A stretch of 64,000 nt of DNA from contig NC_052172.1 of assembly GCF_902713615.1 (NCBI RefSeq), forward strand, positions 6,367,337 to 6,431,336, written 5' to 3'. This DNA is from Scyliorhinus canicula (Eukaryota). Shown here in pieces: positions 47,901 to 60,714 of this stretch. The position numbers and the translations under genes are program-made. The notes beneath the pieces are model-generated. The model was not told the DNA's origin. It saw only the letters and a program-made list of their open reading frames with translations, and did not search any database. Position 1 is the stretch's first letter. The number at the start of each line of letters is the position of its first letter.

Positions 47901-49490
47901 AACCTGCCTAGCCTGGTGAAGGAGTTGAGGAGAGATCTGCGAAGGTGGGAATCCTTCTGCTCTCTCCTGTCGGAAGAGTGCAGACAATGAAAATGAACGG
48001 GCTGCCAAAGCTTCTCGTCATATTCAGACTGCTCCTGTTCTTCACCACCAAATCCTTCTTCACCCAGCTGGATAATTATACCTTTCGACTGGGCTGCAAA
48101 GAACCCCAAGATCCGAAACACCGTCCTACACAGAGGGAGATTTTGATGCTGTCGAAGCTCCTACTCTACTACTGGTCAGTAAACGCAGAGAGTGTGGTGG
48201 GTGGCTCGGAAATCAGGAGGCGGAATGATCCCAGATGCAACAAACCTCCTGCATCGGAACTTCCCTTCGGACACTGGCCACTGCCCCGCTCCCATTCCCC
48301 TGAACCAAGTCCTCGACGAGCCCGGTAGTAATAGCCACACAAAGGACGTGAAACCAGCTCAGACAAGGAGAAAGATGGGAGGATGTACTCGATATAGAGA
48401 TAAGAGGAGGACTTTGGAGCGAAGCACTGCATAGTGTAAACTCCACCACCTCATGCGCAGGGCGGGCCTAACGCACCTAAATGTGGTGCCCAGAGTGCAT
48501 CTGACCAGGTGACGCATGCGTGTCTTCTTTCCGGAGGTGCATGACAAACGTGAGACGAGTCAGAGGGTCCGGACAACCACCCTCACACGTTCTGGTTCTG
48601 CCTGTTTGGGACCACCTTCTTCGAGGCCATGTCCATGGTGTGGAGTAATGGTGAAGCCACGTCCTTTCTTGATGGCTTTCGGGGTCTTGGACCATCCACA
48701 ACACTTCAGAGGATGGTGGCCAACGCCCTGGGTTTTCGCATACCAGATAGCCAACCGGCAACTCATGCTCAAATGATGGTCGGCGGCGCCACCCAAGGTC
48801 GCAGACTGGCTGTCTGACCCAGCCGAATTCCTGAAACTGGAACAGATCAAATTAACCATCCTGGGGCCGGGGGCGTGCTCCACTCCACAAGGAAATAATT
48901 CACCAACATATTTGAGGACCTATTTGTCACTAGCAACTAGGAGGGAATGGGGGAGCAGGAGGGGGGGGGGGGGCAGAACTAATGGGGATGTAGGGGGGCT
49001 GCGGGGGGAAACAGTGCAAGGGAGGGGTGGAGGTAGCACCTACATGTAACGCCGGTAAAACAGCAGGTGTAGGGCACAAGGACGCTGCGGCCCTAAGCAG
49101 TACTGAAGCAACACAGCCAAAGAGATTGGCAGAGTCACCAGGCCTCATCACCTTCGGTTGTCCTGACCATGAGGTGCTGTACGCTGAGACTACCCAAGAA
49201 CGCCCCGCCCCCACCCCCAACCCTCCCCTAAGTGACACCAGGGTTTTTTCTTGTTTTCTCTGTTCATCTACCGTAACCGTCATAATCTGTATGTATTAAC
49301 AACTCTGGCAAGATGCCTCCGGCAAGTGAATAGTTGAATCGCACAGTGTTTAGGTTGAATTCAAAGATGTACAATACTTATTTCTGTTACATTGGTAGAA
49401 TCAACTATATAATCGGATTATATATCTGTTGTACGTGTGTTTGTTATAAATTGAAAATCTTTCAACAAAAAATGCTTCAGAAATATGAAT
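45000..49490 (+). mobile_element. degenerate L1/Tx1-clade LINE
   Basis: Endonuclease VDVIFLQET (~45540); RT motifs SYSPISLLNNDIKVLAKAL and IISLDAKKALDRVEW; many frameshifts; A-rich 3' end ~49470; flanks join as in the uninterrupted paralog at ~27235. Confidence 0.85.
45715..45900 (+). mobile_element. tRNA-derived SINE inserted in the L1
   Basis: ggggctggtttagctcactgagctaaatcgc... with a (TTCAT)n tail. Confidence 0.8.
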
Positions 49491-49783
49491 ATGGCTGGGC
49501 TGCATCTGTCATTATGCAGTCGTCCAGCGCGCTGAATGGCGGGATCAATCAGATCAATTGCCTTCACTTAATCCCACCAGTAGGCTCACCGGGGCAAAGT
49601 GGAGTTTTCATTTTGTACTAACGATTTATGGGGTTGTGATCGGTCTTCTCCTGTAATAGGTTCAAGGGGGTTGAATCGCTTTGCTTTGTTCCTTTGTGAG
49701 AGGCTCGAGCAGGCTGACTGGCTTCTTCCCATTCCTGTCCCCGCGCTCATTACCCATGTTCCAGTTGTGGTGCATTGCATCAC

Positions 49784-50200
49784 TGTAAATACACAAGGGA
49801 TTAATGTAAGTACACGTAGACTAGCTAGACACTAGAGGGAGCACCAGAGACATGACACACAGACACTCAACCAATAGATCAGTAAGATAGGACACGACCA
49901 ATGGGCATTCACGATACACACAGAGGTGGTACTATCACAGGGGGGCATTACACCAACCCATATATAAAGGACACAGCACACATGATCTTCCTCTTTCCAG
50001 TGGAGACACTCAGTGAGTACAGACACAGGGTTGATTCAAAATTACACCCAACACGTGGATTGTAGCAGACTGGTTTGTCAGTCTGAGTAGCTATAGAAGG
50101 ATTAACAGCAGTGGCGAACCCGAGTAGGAGAATTGTAAATAGTTCAATAAACGTGTTGAAGTTACCTCTGCGTCTGAATCTTCCTTTGTCAGAGTGCTCT
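49784..50200 (+). mobile_element. LTR-like fragment
   Basis: TG start, tatataa box, aataaa near 50145, then abrupt switch to a CR1 fragment. Confidence 0.45.
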
Positions 50201-50214
50201 GTCAGAATCCTCGT

Positions 50215-50760
50215 CTGTACTCTCTCTACATCCTTCAGGTAGTGTGGCGACCAGAATTTGATACTATATCCCAAGTGTGGCCTAAATATGGTTCTGAACT
50301 TGCCAATTTTTATACTCAATGCCCCAGCTGATGCAGGCAAGCATGCCGTATGCCTTCTTGTCTACCTTCTCTACTTACGTTGCCACTTTCATTGACCTGT
50401 GGACTTGTACAAGCAGATCCCTCTGTCTGTCAATTCTCTCAAGGGTTCAGCCATTTAATGTATATTTCCACATGAATTAGATCTTTCAAATGCATTACCT
50501 CACAATTGCCCGGATTACAATCCATCTGCCATCTCTCCGCGCAAACTGATCTGTATCTTCTGCAAGTCCTCATTGTGATCCGCAATCCCACCAACCTTTG
50601 CGCCGTCCGTAAATTTACAAATCAGGCCAGTTTCCTCCAAATAGTTAACAGCAAAGATCCCACTACTGATCAATGCGGAACGCCAGTAGACACAGCTCTC
50701 TATCAAGAAGATGCACTGCCGGAACTCACCATTTCTCCTAAGGCAGCATCTTCCAAATCG
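50215..50760 (-). mobile_element. CR1 LINE fragments
   Basis: IFRPHLGYSIKFWSPHYLKDV and LICKFTDGAKVGGI. Confidence 0.75.
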
Positions 50761-51984
50761 ATAATAACTGCCATCTAAAAGTACATGGATAGCAGGTACA
50801 TGGTAACATCCCCCCTTTGAAGTTCCCCTCAAAAGTCCTCACCTTCTTGACTTGGAAAAATATCGCAATTGCTTCATTGCCAATGGATCAAAATCCAGGA
50901 ATTCCTCCCCGAACAGCACTGTGTGTGTACCTGCACTGCATACATTGCAGGGGTTCAAGAAGCCATCTCACCACTTCCTTCTCAAGGAAAATGGGCGATG
51001 GTCAATAATTTATGGCTTTTCCAGCGAAGCTCACATCCCTTGAACAAATACAATCTTTTATGTCAAAGGTGGACGTCAATGGACGAAATTTGCTTTTTTT
51101 AAAATAATAATCGCTTATTGTCACAAGTATGCTTCAATTAAGTTACTGTGAAAAGTCCCAGAAATTTACTTGTCAGCGTCTTCAGAAGGAGAATGTTCAA
51201 ATAAACGATCTTCCTTTCCTTGAAATGCTTACAGGAACGATAATACGCAATGATAGTTTCCAATTTATGTCCATAAACCTCACATCAGTAAACGTGTTTG
51301 CAAAGAAATCAAATTAAAAACACGTACTCGTTGAAAATAATTATCTATTACATTCTATTACATAACTTGGAACGAGAATTACCTGTCGGAACAAAACACC
51401 CAAAGCGATGACGTTGAAGATTGAGTTTCCACTGCAGGACGTTCTCGACCACCGGGCAGCAGAAGCACAAATTATTTCCTGTTATCAAGTTATAATTTAG
51501 TTTTTAATACGTTCCTTCATGTTTTTATTTCCCATTCCTAATTGCACTCGGGAAGGTGATGGTTTGCTGATTTAATGAAACACTGCTGTCCTTGTGTTGT
51601 AGAGTTATCCACAGTGGAGTAATGGTAAAGTCACTTACCGAGTAATTCAAAAGGTGGAATCCGGAATGGGCTTCAAATTCTGGCCTGGTGACCCACACCC
51701 TCGATATTTAACATTGTTCATTGGTCAACTATGTTTAATTTTAAACAATTTCTGTCGGCCCCAGCTGCCTGAGCGCCTCAACAAAGCTTCACGGACATTG
51801 AAGTGTTTTTTTGAAGTGTCAGTCTTGTGGAAACTATTTTGTATACAGAAAACTCATACTGGAAGCATTCGGTTAACCTATTTCAGTGACGTCGTTCCTG
51901 ATGATACAGAGAGAATTCTCCAGTTCTTCGAAATTTCGGCTCAGGAACCTGCCTACGAGTGCATTCAGGTACAATGTTCAGCCA

Positions 51985-54250
51985 ACCCGCAGTACTGATC
52001 CTCCGACAATGCAGCACTCCCTCAGAACTAATCCTCCGAAAATGCAGCACTCCCTCAGAACTGCTGTTCCGACAATGCAGCGTTCCCTCTGTACCGATCC
52101 TGCGACCGTGCAGCACTCCCTCGGTAATGACCCTCTGACAGTGCGGCGCGCCCTCAGTACTGACGCGCTGACAATGCGGCAATCTCTCCGTACCTACGCT
52201 CTGACAGTGCAGCACTCCCTCAGTACTGAACATCTGACAGTGCAGCATTCCCTCAGTAACGACCCTCTGGCAATGCGGCAGTCTTTCGGTATCTACCGTC
52301 TGACAGTGCAGCACTCCCTGAGTACTGACGCTCTGAAAGTGCAGCTCGACCTCAGTACTGACCATCGGACAGTGCAGTGCTCCCTCAGTACTGACGCGCT
52401 GGGAGCAGCACTTCCTCAGTTCTGACACTCTGACTGTGCAGCATTCCCTCAGCACTGACCCTCTGACAATGCAGCAGTCTCTGTACCTACCCTCTGACAG
52501 TGCAATATCCTCTCAGTACTGACCCTCCGCCAGTGCACCACTCCCTCAGTCCTGGCCCTCTGACAATGCCGCAGTCTCTCCGTACCTACCCTCTGACAGT
52601 GCAACATTCCTTCAGTACTGACCCCATTGACAGTGCACCACTCCCTCTATCCTGACACTCTGACAGTGCAGCTCTCTATCCGTACCTACCTCTGATAGTG
52701 CAGCATTCCCTAGGTACCTACCCTCTGGCAGTGCAGCACTCCCTCGGTACAGACCCTCTGACAGTGCAGCATTCCCTCAGGACTGACCCTCTGTCAGTGC
52801 AACACTCCCTCAGTACTGCCCTCTGACTGTGCCGCATTCCCTCAGTCCTGACTCTCTGACAGTGCAGTATTTACTGGATATTGACCCTATGGCAGTGCAG
52901 CACTCCCTCAGCACTGACCCTCTGACAGCAGCACTCCCTCAGCACTGAACCTCTGACAGTGTAGCATTCCCTCAGTACTGAGTCTCTGACAGTGCAGCAC
53001 TTCCTCAGTGCTGACTCTGACAGTGCAGCATTCCCGCAGTCATAACCCTCTGACAGTGTAACCCTTCCTCGGTACCTACCCTCTCACAGTGCAGCACTCT
53101 CTCAGTACTCTCCCTTTGTCAGTGCAGGATTCAGGCGGTTCTGACACTCTGGCAATGCAGCACTCCCTCAGTACTGACCCTCTGACAGTGCAGCATTCCC
53201 TCAGTAACGACCCTCTAACAATGCGGCAGTCTTTTGGTATCGACCGTGTGACAGTGCAGCCCTCCCTAAGTACTGACGCTCTGAAAGTACAGCTCGACCT
53301 CAGTACTGATCATCGGACAGTGCAGCGCTCCCTCAGTACTGAGGCTCTGACAGTGCAGTGCTCCCTCAGTACTGACGCGCTGACAGTGCAGCACTTCCTC
53401 AGTTCTGACCCTCTGACTGTGCAGCATTCCCCCAGTACTGACCCTCTGACAATGCAGCAGTATCTCCGTACCTACCCTCTGAGAGTGCAACATCCCCTCA
53501 GTACTGACCCTCCGATGGTGCACCACTCCCTCAGTCATGACCCTCTGACAATGCCGCAGTCTCTCCGTACCTACCCTCTGACAGTGCAACATTCCTTCAG
53601 TACTGACCCTCTGACAGTGCACCACTCCCTCTGTCCTGACACTCTGACAGTGCAGCTGTCTATCCGTACCTACCCTCTGATAGTGCAGCATTCTCTAGTT
53701 ACCTACCCTCTGGCAGTGCAGCACTCCCTCGGTACAAACCCTCTGACAGTGCAGCATTCCCTCAGTACTGCCCTATGACGGTGCAGCATTCCCTCAGTCC
53801 TGACTCTCTGACAGTGCAGTATTTACTGGGTACTGACCCTATGGCAGTGCAGCACTCCCTCAGCACTGACCCTTTGACAGAGCAGCACTCCTGTAGCACT
53901 GAACCTCTGACAGTGCAGCATTCCCTCAGTACTGACTCTCTGACAGTGCAGCTCTTCCTCAGTGCTGACTCTGACAGTGCAGCATTCCCTCAGTCATGAC
54001 CCTCCGACAGTGCAACACTCCCTCGGTACCTACCCTCTGACAGTGCAGCATTCCCTCAGTACTGACACTCTGACAGTGCAGCACTCTCTCAGTACTGACC
54101 CTCTGACAGTGCAGCACTCTCTCAGTACTGTCCCTTTGACAGTGCAGCATTCCGGCGGTTCTGACCCTCTGGCAATGCAGCACTCGCTCAGTACTGACCC
54201 GCTGGCAGTGCAGCACTCGCTCAGTACTGACCTTCAAGCAATGTAGCATT
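51985..54250. repeat. 33-bp minisatellite array (same unit as 38775-39720)
   Basis: tandem units visible; includes a ~950-bp internal duplication. Confidence 0.95.
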
Positions 54251-55166
54251 CCTTCAGTTCTTCCTGTCAGCCAGTGTCGACGGGACACAGGTTTCTGGGG
54301 AGGGGAGGGCTGTTAATGCGTTCTGATCGTTATTTAAGGATTAATTCACAAAGTATGTGCAGCCTTATTTACCTGGCAGAGATTTTGGATGGCCTACTCC
54401 TGTTCCTGCCTCTGTTTGGAGGGAACTGAATGGCTCTCGCAAAGGTCTACGTAAAAGCCCGTGCATCTCTCTGGTCTCCCTCTGTTCCTTTGTAACAGGC
54501 TGTAGATGGTTTTAATGCATCTGCCCGTCTCCTCGTGTAATAAGTTCGGGAAGTGCTGAATGGCCTTTATTCCTGTGTAACGAGGTCGAAAAGGGATAAA
54601 TGGCCCCCCGCAATTACTGTGTGAAATGTTGAGGGTCACAATGGTTCTCATCCTGCTGCTGTTGCTTGGTTTGGTTGAATTAATAGTTATCTTTATTGTC
54701 ACAAGTAGGCTTATATTAACATGCAATTAAGTTACTGTGAAAATCCCCCAGTCGCCACACTCCGGCGTTTGTTCGGGAGCACTGAGGGAGAATTCAAAAT
54801 GTCCAATTCACCTAACAAGCACCTCTTTCTCGACTTATGGGAGGAAACCGGAGCACCCAGAGGAAACCCACGCAGTAATGGCGAGACCATGCAGACTCAG
54901 CACAGACAGTGACCCAAGCTTCATTCCCTTCCTCTGTAACATCTTTGAAAGGAACACCTTTGAAAGGAGCTGAATGACCCCCTCCTACCCCTGTGTTCTA
55001 ATGAACCATCTGTACTTCATCGCCTACGGATATCGACTGATGTGACGTTGCAGACAGCAAAAATAATGTCAAAGCATAAACGTTCCCGAGTTTTCTTTCT
55101 TTTCTTTGCCTCTTCAGGTCGTTCGTTGACTTAGTTTCTTTCTGCATTTATTTTCCTTGTACATTA

Positions 55167-55512
55167 GGGCACCACGGTAGCATGGTGGTTAGCATAAATG
55201 GTTCACAGCTCCAGGGTCCCAGGTTCGGTTCCCGGCTGGGTCACTGTCTGTGCGGAGTCTGCACGTCCTCCCCGTGTGTGCGTGGGTTTCCTCTGGGTGC
55301 TCCGGTTTCCTCCCACAGTCCAAAGATGTGCTGGTTAGGTGGATTGGCCATGCTTAATTGCCCGTAGTGTCCTTAAAAGTAAGGTTAAGGGGGGTTTGTT
55401 GGGTTTCGGGTATAGGGTGGATACGTGGGTTTGAGTAGGGTGATCATTGCTCGGCACAACATCGAGGGCCGAAGGGCCTGTTCTGTGCTGTACTGTTCTA
55501 TGTTCTATGTTC
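55167..55512 (+). mobile_element. full-length young V-SINE (HE1-like)
   Basis: head, core and (TTCTATG)n tail; near-identical to 58301-58648 and 8780-9978. Confidence 0.9.
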
Positions 55513-55724
55513 TATTTGCAGCTCCCACAATCAGCCCCCACAGCCTAACAATAACGAATACTGCTAATTTAAACTTACTTACATGTCTCGAGATCATCCA
55601 TCCTCTGAAGGAAGACCGTGATCTGGAAAGGACCCTGAGGACCCCAACAGATGGACCAGCCTTCGCCTCATCTGCAGACGCGACCAAGAGACGTCATCTG
55701 CTTACTGGCCTTCAACCAGGTTGA

Positions 55725-56068
55725 ATTGTGGTAGCATTGTGGATAGCACAATCGCTTCACAGCTCCAGGGCCCCAGGTTCGATTCCGGCTTGGGTCACTG
55801 TCTGTGCGGAGTCTGCACATCCTCCCAGTGTGTGCGTGGGTTTCCTCCAGGGGCTCCGGTTTCCTCCCACAGTCCAAAAATGTGCAGGTTAGGTGGATTA
55901 GCCATGATAACTTGCCCTTAGTGGCCAAAATTGCCCTTAGTGTTGTGTGGGGTTACTGGGTTATGGGGACAGGGTGGAGGTGTTAACCTTGGGTAGGGTG
56001 CTCTTTCCAGGAGCCGGTGCAGACTCGATGGGCCGAATGGCCTCCTTCTGTACTGTAAATTCTATGAA
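55725..56068 (+). mobile_element. full-length V-SINE
   Basis: head, core, ctgtactgtaaattctatg tail. Confidence 0.88.
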
Positions 56069-56069
56069 A

Positions 56070-59000
56070 CCCATCCACGCCGGAGCGTGGTCTGGACATC
56101 CACCGACCTGTGAAGCCAAACCACAGCCCAACAGCGACCTGGAATGCTCGACCGCGCAGACGCACTGACCAACGCAGGAACCACAAGCAAGGCAACAAAT
56201 CCTCCATCCACACACCGGCCAGAGTGAATAAACTCATTGGACACAACTACTCCCTTAACAGTGCAGACTCTCACCGTCTCCCAGGCTCGAAAACAAGCAG
56301 TCAATCCAGGAAGCGTGGAAAACGTGCAGGCCTGCAGGCGAGAGTGAAACAACGCTGTCCCAAAGCCCCCCTGCCTAACTTACTCCTAGCTAATGTGCAA
56401 TCTCTGGAAAACAAGCTAGACGAATTGAAAGCCAGAATCACTTTTCAAAGAGAACCGAAGGACTGCTGTGTGCTCTGTTTCAGAGACATGGCTCACTCCT
56501 GCTTCAGCCGACAGTGCCCAACAACCAGAGGGCTTCTGAATCAACCGAATGGACCATACTGGGACCTTACTCACGCAAGGCTAGGGGAGGTGGGGTCTGC
56601 CTCCTAATCAACACCACCTGGTGCCTAATGGTCGCTGCACTGGTGAGTTTCTGCTCCACGGAACTAGAATACCTGACGATAAAATGCCACCCAAATACCT
56701 TCCAGAGGAGTTCCGCTTCGTTATCCTGATGGCAGTTTACATCCCAACCCATGTTGACGTGAAAGTCGCGCTGTAAGTAATATACACCACTACAAATAGC
56801 CTTGAAACGAAACATCCCGGGGCCTTGTTCATTGTAGTTGGGGACTTCAATCAGGCCAAGGTCAAGAGTGTACTACTAAGTTACCACCAACATTCGTCCT
56901 GTTCCACTAGAGACCGAACAATCCTGGATCACTGCTACACAAATATCAAACATGCCTACCGCTCTATCGCCCACCAACCCTTTGGCAAATCTGACCACAA
57001 GTCTCTGCTCCTGCTTCCGGCTGATAAGCAAAAACTGAAGCGGGGGATCCGTCAAAAATGTTGTGCATTGTTGGTCTGAGGAATCTGATGATCTCCTACG
57101 GGACTGTGTAGAGTCAGTGGACTGGTCAGCATTTAAAAACTCTGCGACTAGCCTGAACGAGTATGCCACTACAGTAACTGATTTCATTAGTAAGTTTGTA
57201 GAAGACTGTGTGCCAAAGAAGCAAATCCGCGTGTTTCCCAACTGGATGCACAGGAATATCCACTGCTTGCTGAAGTCTCGGTCTGCGGCATTTAAGTCAG
57301 GCGACCCTGACCTATACAAGGAAGCCATATATGATCGAAGGAGATACGTCAAAGGTGCCAAAAGACAGAACCAGACCAAGCTCGAGTCCCAGGCTAGCCA
57401 CACGGAGCCCGCCGTCTATGGCAAAGTCTGCAAGACATAATGGGCCACAAGATGAAGGCATGTAAAATCGGCAGCTTCACCCTCACTGATGAGTTCAACG
57501 CATTCTATGCCCGCTTTGAACAGGAGGTCAGCCAGAGCACGCCCTCCACCCTGGAAACCTCGGATGAACTTGTATCTGATGTCACAATTGAAGACGTCAG
57601 AGAAGCCTTGGCGAAGATCAATCCCCGGAAGGCAACTGGCCCTGATGAAGTACCCGGACGGGCACTCAGGTCTTGCATAGATCAGTTGGCGGAGGTATTC
57701 GCATCTTCAACCACTCTTTACAACAATCTGAGGTACCTATCTACTTCAAGAAGATGACAATAATCCCTGTACCAAAGAAAAAATAAGCAGCGTGCCTTAA
57801 TGACTATCGGCCAGTGGCTCAGACGCCCATCATGATGAAGTGCTTCAATATGTTTGTCATGGCATGAATCAACTCCAGCCTCTCGGATTGCCTTGATCCA
57901 CTGCAGTTTGCCTACCGCTGCAACAAGTCCACAGTAGAGGCCATCTGCCTGGTACTGCACTCAACACTGAGACATCGAGATAACAAAGACACCTATGTCA
58001 GACTCCTATTTATTGACTACAGCTCAGCCTTCAACACTATTACTCCTACGAAACTCACCTCCAAGCTCCGTGGCCTTGGCCTCCGTTCCTCTCTCTGCGA
58101 CTGGATCCTCAACTTCCTAAACCCACAGGCGACACTTAGTAAGGATTGGCAACAACACCTCCTCCACGATCATCTGCCACACCGGTGCCTAGAATGTTGT
58201 GTCCTCAGCCCCCTACTATTCTCGTTATACACCTGAGACTGTGTGGCTAAATTCCGTAGTGGGTCAGATTTCAAACAATGACGAGACATAGTACAGGAAT
58301 CGGGGCAGCACGGTAGCATGGTGGTTAGCAAAAATGCTTCACAGCTCCAGGGTCCCAGGTTCGATTCCTGGCTGGGTCACTGTCTGTGCGGAGTCTGCAC
58401 GTCCTCCCCGTGTGTGCGTGGGTTTCCTCCGGGTGCTCCGGTTTCCTCCCACAGTCCAAAGATGTGCGGGTTAGGTGGATTGGCCATGCTAAATTGCCCG
58501 TAGTGTCCTAAACAAAAAGTAAGGTTAAGGGGGGGTTGTTGGGTTACGGGTATAGGGTGGATACGTTGACTTGAGTAGGGTGATCATTGTTCGGCACAAC
58601 ATCGAGGGCCGAAGGGCCTGTTCTGTGCTGTACTGTTCTACTGTTCTATAAAAAAAGATAGAGAATCTGGTGAATTGGTGCAACGGCAATAATCTCCCCC
58701 TCAATGTCAACAAAACGAAAGAGATTGTCATCGACTTCAGAAAGCGTAGTGGAGAACATACCCCTAGCCACATCAATGGGAACGTAGTAGAAAAGCTTCA
58801 AGTTTTTAGTTGTCCAGATTACCAATAACCTGTCCTGGCCTCCTCATGCCGACACTGTGGTTAGGAAAGCCCACCAATGAATCTACTTTCTCAGAAGACT
58901 AAGGATATTTGGCATGTCAGCTACGATTCTCACCAACGTTTAGAGATGCACCATAGAAAGCATTATTTCTGGTTGTACCACAGCTTGGTATGGTTCCAGT

Positions 59001-59438
59001 TCTGCCCAAGACAGCAGGGAACTACAAAAGGTTGTGAATGTAGCCCAGCCCATCACGCAAACAAGCCTCCCGTCCATTGACTCTGCCTATAATTCTCGTT
59101 GCCTCAGAAAGGCAGCCAGCATAATTAAGGACCCCACGCACCCCGGACATACCCTCTTCCACCTTCTTCCATCAGGAAAAAGATCCAAAAGTTTGAGATC
59201 ACCTACCAATCGACTCAACACCAGCTCCTTCCCTACTGCCATCAGGCTTTTGAATGGACCTGCCTCGTATTAAGTTGATCTTTTCTCCACACCCTAGCTA
59301 TGACTGTAACATTATATTCTGCAGTCTCGCCTTCCTTCGCTATGTACGGTATGCGTTGTCTGTACAGCATGCAAGATATAATACTTTTCACGGTATACTA
59401 ATGCATGTGACAATAATAAATCAAACAAAATCACACAA
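56070..59438 (+). mobile_element. near full-length degenerate Rex1/Babar LINE
   Basis: APE LLLANVQSLENKLDELKAR, IVVGDFNQ, ILDHCYTNI; RT KATGPDEVPGRAL; [11 protein letters not shown] at ~58010; 3' part matches 2775-3690; CAAAT-like tail. Confidence 0.9.
58301..58648 (+). mobile_element. young V-SINE nested in the Rex1 element
   Basis: interrupts gagtacaggaat|gagatagagaatc. Confidence 0.9.
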
Positions 59439-59737
59439 ACATTTTATTTCTACTTCTGTCACATCCCAACTTATCATTAGCAAAGGTCACCCCTCGGCCT
59501 TTTCTTTTAGAGGTAGTGACTCTCAGTCTGAACACCCCGCTGACGGAGGTAACACGCACCAGATGTAATCCAAGTAAATTATTGTTTACCCGTTATTCTC
59601 TCACTTTGTGTCGACCCTGTCTGATGTTCTCGCGAGAAGACATTCCGAGAAAAAATATTGCAGAGTGCAAAATGAACTCCAGTCGGCCGAAGAGCCCTCT
59701 GGCTTTATCTCGAAAAGCTTTCTCCTGTTACCTTCGG

Positions 59738-59776
59738 GGTTTTTGTTGAACTGCTCCATCTCTCTGAGTCACTGTG
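59738..59776 (-). other. 23-RSS of V10 (consensus)
   Basis: CACAGTG + 23 nt + ACAAAAACC on the minus strand. Confidence 0.95.
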
Positions 59777-60236
59777 AAGACTCCAGGCGCAGTAATACAC
59801 GGCCGAGTGATCCACCCGCAGGTTGGAGGAGTCCAGGTTTAACTCATAACGAGAGGGTCTCGAGGCATTTAATCCTTTTACGGACACTTCTGTCACCACG
59901 CGTCCTGTCATTAAAGAGTAAAATATCAACTGCAACCCCTTCCCTGGGTATTGTCTATACCAATACATGTAGATAGTATCGCTTATCCCCTTCACAGTGC
60001 ATGTGACTTCTAGCTTTGCCCCAGGAAATTTGGATACAGAGGCGGGAGACTGGTGAATAGTCTGTAAATTCACGTCTAGGAAAGAGAGAGAGAGAGAGAG
60101 AGATCAGTAATGCTGGACACTTGCGGAAATAATAGGCTGGTGGAAAAATATAAAATTGACATTAATAAGTGTTACTACATATAATTATTGTTTACTTACA
60201 GTGAAACAGCATTGTCAGAGCCAGAAAAAGATACAT
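59777..60236 (-). CDS. TRBV: V10: TCR V segment, family C, open reading frame
   Basis: Leader 60200-60236 MYLFLALTMLFH with GTAAGT; exon 59777-60075 VNLQTIHQSP..VTC..MYWYRQYPGKGLQLIFYS..LNASRP..DHSAVYYCAWSL. Confidence 0.92.
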
Positions 60237-60714
60237 CCTTTAAAGCTGCCTCTTGATCAATGCACGGTTCAGAACAGGATTGAGGAGTGTTGGCTGCAAG
60301 GAACCCGCTGTCGTTAAATCATTGCAAAGAACAAGGAGACGTTAGTCACGCCCCTCCACCAGTTGAACCAATCGGAATCGAGTTTGGGTGTCAATGTCCC
60401 TTTCGCTCTTGTCTCGATAACTCACTCTGCATCGCCCTGTCGATCACTCTCTCTCTCCGTCACTCTATCCGGATACTTTTAGCTTAAGCATACCACTTTC
60501 CCCTGCCCTCTTCCCCGCCCCGCCCCCTTGAGTGTCCGTGTGTGTAAGTGCCTGTGTATGTGTACGAATCTCTCTGTCCCTGTATCGCCTTTTCCCCCTG
60601 TCTCTCCGTCATTTTGTATCCTGTTTTCCTCCCGATCCATGCCTCGCCCTTTGTTTCACGATATTCTGATTTTCTTTCATTCCACCCAGGACACTGACCC
60701 GCGGACTCCGCGGA

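Noticed and set aside
53085-53091. Heptamer-like GACAGTG in every minisatellite unit, with one perfect CACAGTG
   Set aside because: No nonamer at 12 or 23 nt in either direction; at most cryptic sites
51883-54288. Long ORFs (up to 229 aa) with TVQHSLSTDPL or GVLHCQRVSTE repeats, also at 38778-39756
   Set aside because: They arise from the 33-bp (3n) minisatellite; they are open on both strands and have no gene structure
55167-55240. tRNA-like sequences at the SINE heads
   Set aside because: They are A/B-box heads continuous with SINE bodies, not tRNA genes
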